The translations under genes and the position numbers were made by a program. Below, piece after piece: positions 36,058 through 36,625 of a stretch of 36,625 nucleotides of DNA. This DNA comes from Myxococcota bacterium. Lineage in GTDB: Bacteria; Myxococcota_A; Bradymonadia; UBA7976; UBA1532. Each line of letters starts with the position of its first letter. Positions within the stretch are counted from its first letter, which is position 1. The notes under the pieces are model-generated. The model was not told the origin of the DNA, ran no database searches, and saw only the letters and a program-made list of their open reading frames with translations. The stretch lies in assembly GCA_036337435.1 (NCBI GenBank), contig JAYZEG010000072.1, positions 1 to 36,625 of the forward strand, given 5' to 3'.

Positions 36058-36625
36058 AGTTACTGCACATAGAAGATCGGCCCGAAAATCGACTCTTAGT
36101 TCGAAAGCTGTTGGAGTCAAAAGGACACCAGGTGACCGATGCCGCAGATGGATTGCTTGGATTAGAATTGGCTAGAGTGGGTGATTTTGACCTGATTCTT
36201 GTGGATATTAACATCCCTAATCTTAATGGCTACGAGGTTGTAACCAGGCTGAGATCAGATCGGCAGCTAGACTCGGTGCCCGTGGTTGCCATCACGGCTG
36301 AAGGGGATAGGGAACATGCCATTGCATTGGGATTCGATGGGTTTATCGCAAAGCCTATTAAGATGGCCTCCTTTGAGCAAGAGCTTCATGCAATCGCATC
36401 GGGCCGAATCGAAGAACTAGATGTCACCACTCGGTTAGGCCATTTGCGGAAACACAGTCAAATGGTCGTCGACCGCCTCGAAACCCGGGTGCGCGAACTC
36501 GAAGAAGCGAATGAACGCTTGAAGGATATCGATCGGCTCAAAATGGAGGTTCTCCGTAACGTGAGCCACGAGTTGTCGACGCCGATGACGCCCTTAGTTG
36601 GATATCTGAAGATGCTCGACAATGG
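36054..36625 (+). CDS. Receiver-domain/histidine kinase hybrid (truncated by the window end; absent from the ORF track)
   Basis: Translation from ATG 36054: MKLLHIEDRPENR..LILVDINIP..AITA..FIAKP (receiver), coiled coil LEEANERLKDIDRLK, H-box VSHELSTPMT; ATGA overlap with the cca stop. Confidence 0.92.
   Translation, partial: MKLLHIEDRPENRLLVRKLLESKGHQVTDAADGLLGLELARVGDFDLILVDINIPNLNGYEVVTRLRSDRQLDSVPVVAITAEGDREHAIALGFDGFIAKPIKMASFEQELHAIASGRIEELDVTTRLGHLRKHSQMVVDRLETRVRELEEANERLKDIDRLKMEVLRNVSHELSTPMTPLVGYLKMLDN

Overview
Bacterial chromosomal window. The gene repertoire (Hanks-type Ser/Thr kinase, PEGA, TPR, IgGFc-binding, IPT/TIG and Cys-rich CxxxDxDCDG lipoproteins) points to a Myxococcota/deltaproteobacterial-type diderm with moderate GC; this is inference, not a taxonomic assignment. 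From left to right it holds: apt; tRNA-Arg(CCT) with no encoded CCA; an orphan ORF; a DAACS symporter with an unusual ~140-aa insertion; and two coupled surface lipoproteins (IPT/TIG and IgGFc-binding type). A long + strand run follows: a membrane Ser/Thr kinase, then a tightly coupled cluster in which an Opp/Dpp-type ABC transporter sits among TPR, carboxypeptidase-regulatory-like, PD40-propeller and PEGA proteins; a Cys-rich/Gly-rich lipoprotein; a TPR protein; and a lipid A cluster (msbA, DUF374/LpxJ-like, lpxK, lpxL-like) interrupted by an RpoD paralogue lacking region 1.1. The window ends with a hairpin-dense ~730-nt intergenic region, a secreted 6-Cys/Ala-Lys-rich protein with a structured 3' end and strong terminator, a CCA-adding enzyme, and a truncated receiver-histidine kinase hybrid. 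I saw no CRISPR array, rRNA, integrase or transposase. Best candidates for an undescribed system: (1) the ABC + TPR/PD40/PEGA envelope cluster (10840-23270); (2) the structured-RNA-flanked secreted protein locus (33467-34778); (3) the sigma factor inside the lipid A cluster. All family calls come from motif recognition by eye; no searches were run.
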